Assembly: GCA_022797635.1 (NCBI GenBank)
Contig: JAAWKZ010000005.1
Coordinates: 1-51,902, forward strand
Origin: Clostridia bacterium
GTDB taxonomy: Bacteria; Bacillota; Clostridia; TANB77; CAG-508
Reading direction: 5' to 3'
Length of the DNA stretch: 51,902 nucleotides
Of this stretch, positions 50,023 to 51,902 are shown one piece after another (position 1 is the first letter of the stretch; the number at the start of each line of letters is the position of its first letter). A program made the position numbers and the translations under genes. Below the pieces are notes generated by a model. It searched no databases. It saw only the letters and a program-made list of their open reading frames with translations, and was not told the DNA's origin.

Positions 50023-50484
50023 TTATTTGCTTGTTGAACCAAACCCCCCTGTTCTTTCGCCTTCTGCCTCGTCATTGTCAACCACTTCAAACTTTTGGAA
50101 AATAGCTTGTCCAATACATTCGCCTTTTTTAATTTCAATATCTTCTGCTTTTATATTAAAAAATGCAAACATAAAGTGTCCATCATTATCTGGATTTTCA
50201 TAATAATCTGCATCTATAATTCCTACACTATTTGCCATAACTAATCCTTTTTTCTTCGGATTAGAGCTTCTATTACAAAGCATCATATATTCACCTTCTG
50301 GCATATATGCTTTTAAACCTGTTTTAATTAATGTTGGTGCTTGTCCTAATTTAAATGCTGGTACAACACAATCTTCTGCTGCTTCTATATCATAACCTGC
50401 TGAATATTTTGTTTTTCTAATTGGCATATGAATATCACTATTTTCAAAACCTTTTGCTACTTCAAATCCTCTTACTTTTCCCAT
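50023..50484 (-). CDS. dut: dUTP diphosphatase
   Basis: SAGYD, RSS, GIIDADY and RTGGFGST motifs. Confidence 0.93.
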   Translation of the reverse strand: MGKVRGFEVAKGFENSDIHMPIRKTKYSAGYDIEAAEDCVVPAFKLGQAPTLIKTGLKAYMPEGEYMMLCNRSSNPKKKGLVMANSVGIIDADYYENPDNDGHFMFAFFNIKAEDIEIKKGECIGQAIFQKFEVVDNDEAEGERTGGFGSTSK

Positions 50485-50746
50485 CTTTTTTCTTCCTTTC
50501 TATTTTTTCGTCATTATATCACAAGTTTTTTAAAAAAGAAACACTTAAATCTCTCTTTTATCTTCTAATTTTTTTGATTGTCAACCCTAAATCTTCTAAA
50601 AAAATTCGCCTTTATATCTGTACATTATATAGTTAATAAACTGTCAACATACTTTAGTACATTGACAGTTTAAATATATTAGTATTTATCATAAAACAGT
50701 TTTGAAATTATAAAATCCGTAACATTCTCTTACATTTCCTACTCTT

Positions 50747-51902
50747 TTAGATACAAAATCCTGGGGCTACAGCACTACTATATCCTGCACTATTATGATG
50801 ACCAACACTGCCACTAGCATTAACATTACAGAAGTCATTTCCACTACTGTAATAAGGCGAACGAAGCCACCAACCATATGCACTTCCTCCTGTCTTCTTT
50901 GTACGTTCACTACTTAATGAGTTCCAGCTCGCTGATATTCCTTGGTAATATTTATACTGGCCTCCCTCTGTTGTAATTGCATATGCATAATATCCACTTT
51001 GATATCCACTATTTACTATTTCGCTTGCTGCTAATAACCATAAATAATCGTTACATGTTGTTACACTACTTGCACTATTATATGTTGCAATATATCTTTT
51101 CTTTACTTGTTTAATATAAGCTTTATTACTTAGTTTTTCCTTTCCGTCTGTTCCATTTAAGAATGTTCTCATAGCGGTTGAACCCCAACCACCAGAATTT
51201 GTGTGACTACTATTCATGTTCTTTTGCGTTGAGCCTGTCATGAAATCCAAAAACTCAAAACTAATACTTGCTTTTGTATGGCTTCCTCCATATATTCCTG
51301 TATTTACTAAATCATCATGTTTGAAACCTAATACTCTTACTTGTCTTTCTTCCCCATTGTATTTTACTTTATAGATTCCACCTACACTTATTTCATAACG
51401 TTCTCCATTTGCTGTATATCCTGTTGCTTTTGTTGAACTACTGTTAATGCTACTATCTTTTGCTATTGCTGTCGCTATTCTGTTCATTGTTGCCCAGCTT
51501 GCATCATCTGATCCTATTGTAACTGGTGTTGGATCTTGTACTGTTATGCTACAGGTTGCCGACTTATTACTTCCATCTGCCGTCTTCGCTGTAATTGTTA
51601 CATTTCCTGCTTTTACTCCTGTTACTACACCACTAGAGTTTACTGTTGCTACTCCTGTATTGCTACTTGTCCATGTTACTCCTTTATTTGATGCATTACT
51701 TGGTGTTACTGTTGCAGTTAATTGCTTTGTTTTCCCTTTTTCTACAGTTGTAGGTGTTGGACTTACTGTTATTCCTGTTGCTAATTGTCTTACTGTTACT
51801 GCCCCTGATACTGTTTCTAATGCATTTCCTGCATTATCTACACTTAATACATGTAAATAGTAGGTTCCTGGTGAACTCGCATTTAAATTTATCGTTTGTC
51901 CA
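50747..51902 (-). CDS. Paralog of the DGR target protein, 3' part (starts beyond the right edge)
   Basis: Frame open to the window end: ...GTYYLHVLSVDNAGN..., Big_2 domain, VRVLGFKHDDL, WWLRSP...VAPGFCI; closely parallels 29010..31829. Confidence 0.9.
   Translation of the reverse strand, partial: GQTINLNASSPGTYYLHVLSVDNAGNALETVSGAVTVRQLATGITVSPTPTTVEKGKTKQLTATVTPSNASNKGVTWTSSNTGVATVNSSGVVTGVKAGNVTITAKTADGSNKSATCSITVQDPTPVTIGSDDASWATMNRIATAIAKDSSINSSSTKATGYTANGERYEISVGGIYKVKYNGEERQVRVLGFKHDDLVNTGIYGGSHTKASISFEFLDFMTGSTQKNMNSSHTNSGGWGSTAMRTFLNGTDGKEKLSNKAYIKQVKKRYIATYNSASSVTTCNDYLWLLAASEIVNSGYQSGYYAYAITTEGGQYKYYQGISASWNSLSSERTKKTGGSAYGWWLRSPYYSSGNDFCNVNASGSVGHHNSAGYSSAVAPGFCI

Noticed and set aside
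855-51860. Numerous shadow ORFs antisense to or inside housekeeping genes (e.g. 2995..3411, 18722..19147, 41102..41533, 49252..49725, 51447..51860)
   Set aside because: They overlap well-supported genes, have low-complexity Phe/Ser/Ile-rich translations and show no motifs.

Overview
AT-rich chromosomal segment from a spore-forming Clostridia-like (Bacillota) bacterium. It carries mostly housekeeping genes: truA, cdaA, pheST with a T-box, rarA/ruvA, rpmB/spoVM, rlmN-stp-prkC-rpe, aspS, asnS, mfd, mgtA, ylbJ, tRNA-Met, dnaG-sigA, carD and dut. The notable feature is a minus-strand diversity-generating retroelement (DGR) between aspS and asnS. It consists of a 939-aa pilin-leader/FN3/Ig surface protein with a C-terminal variable repeat (VR), an Avd-like gene and a DGR reverse transcriptase. 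Where one template repeat (TR) would be expected, there is a tandem array of seven ~360-nt leader-TR-spacer cassettes, each carrying a different in-frame TR. The flanks of all seven show compensatory or G-U-compatible substitutions, consistent with a conserved minus-strand RNA fold. TR1 explains the adjacent VR: 12 of 13 mismatches fall at TR adenines. TR2 looks like a captured VR sitting in nearly identical flanks. A paralogous target-like gene runs off the right edge and another pilin-leader gene runs off the left edge. Secondary observations are a six-copy REP/REPIN-like palindrome family, two GC-rich foreign-looking genes, and a +1 frameshift at CTT-C-GGA in a TrmH-family gene. All annotation is by eye; no searches were run.
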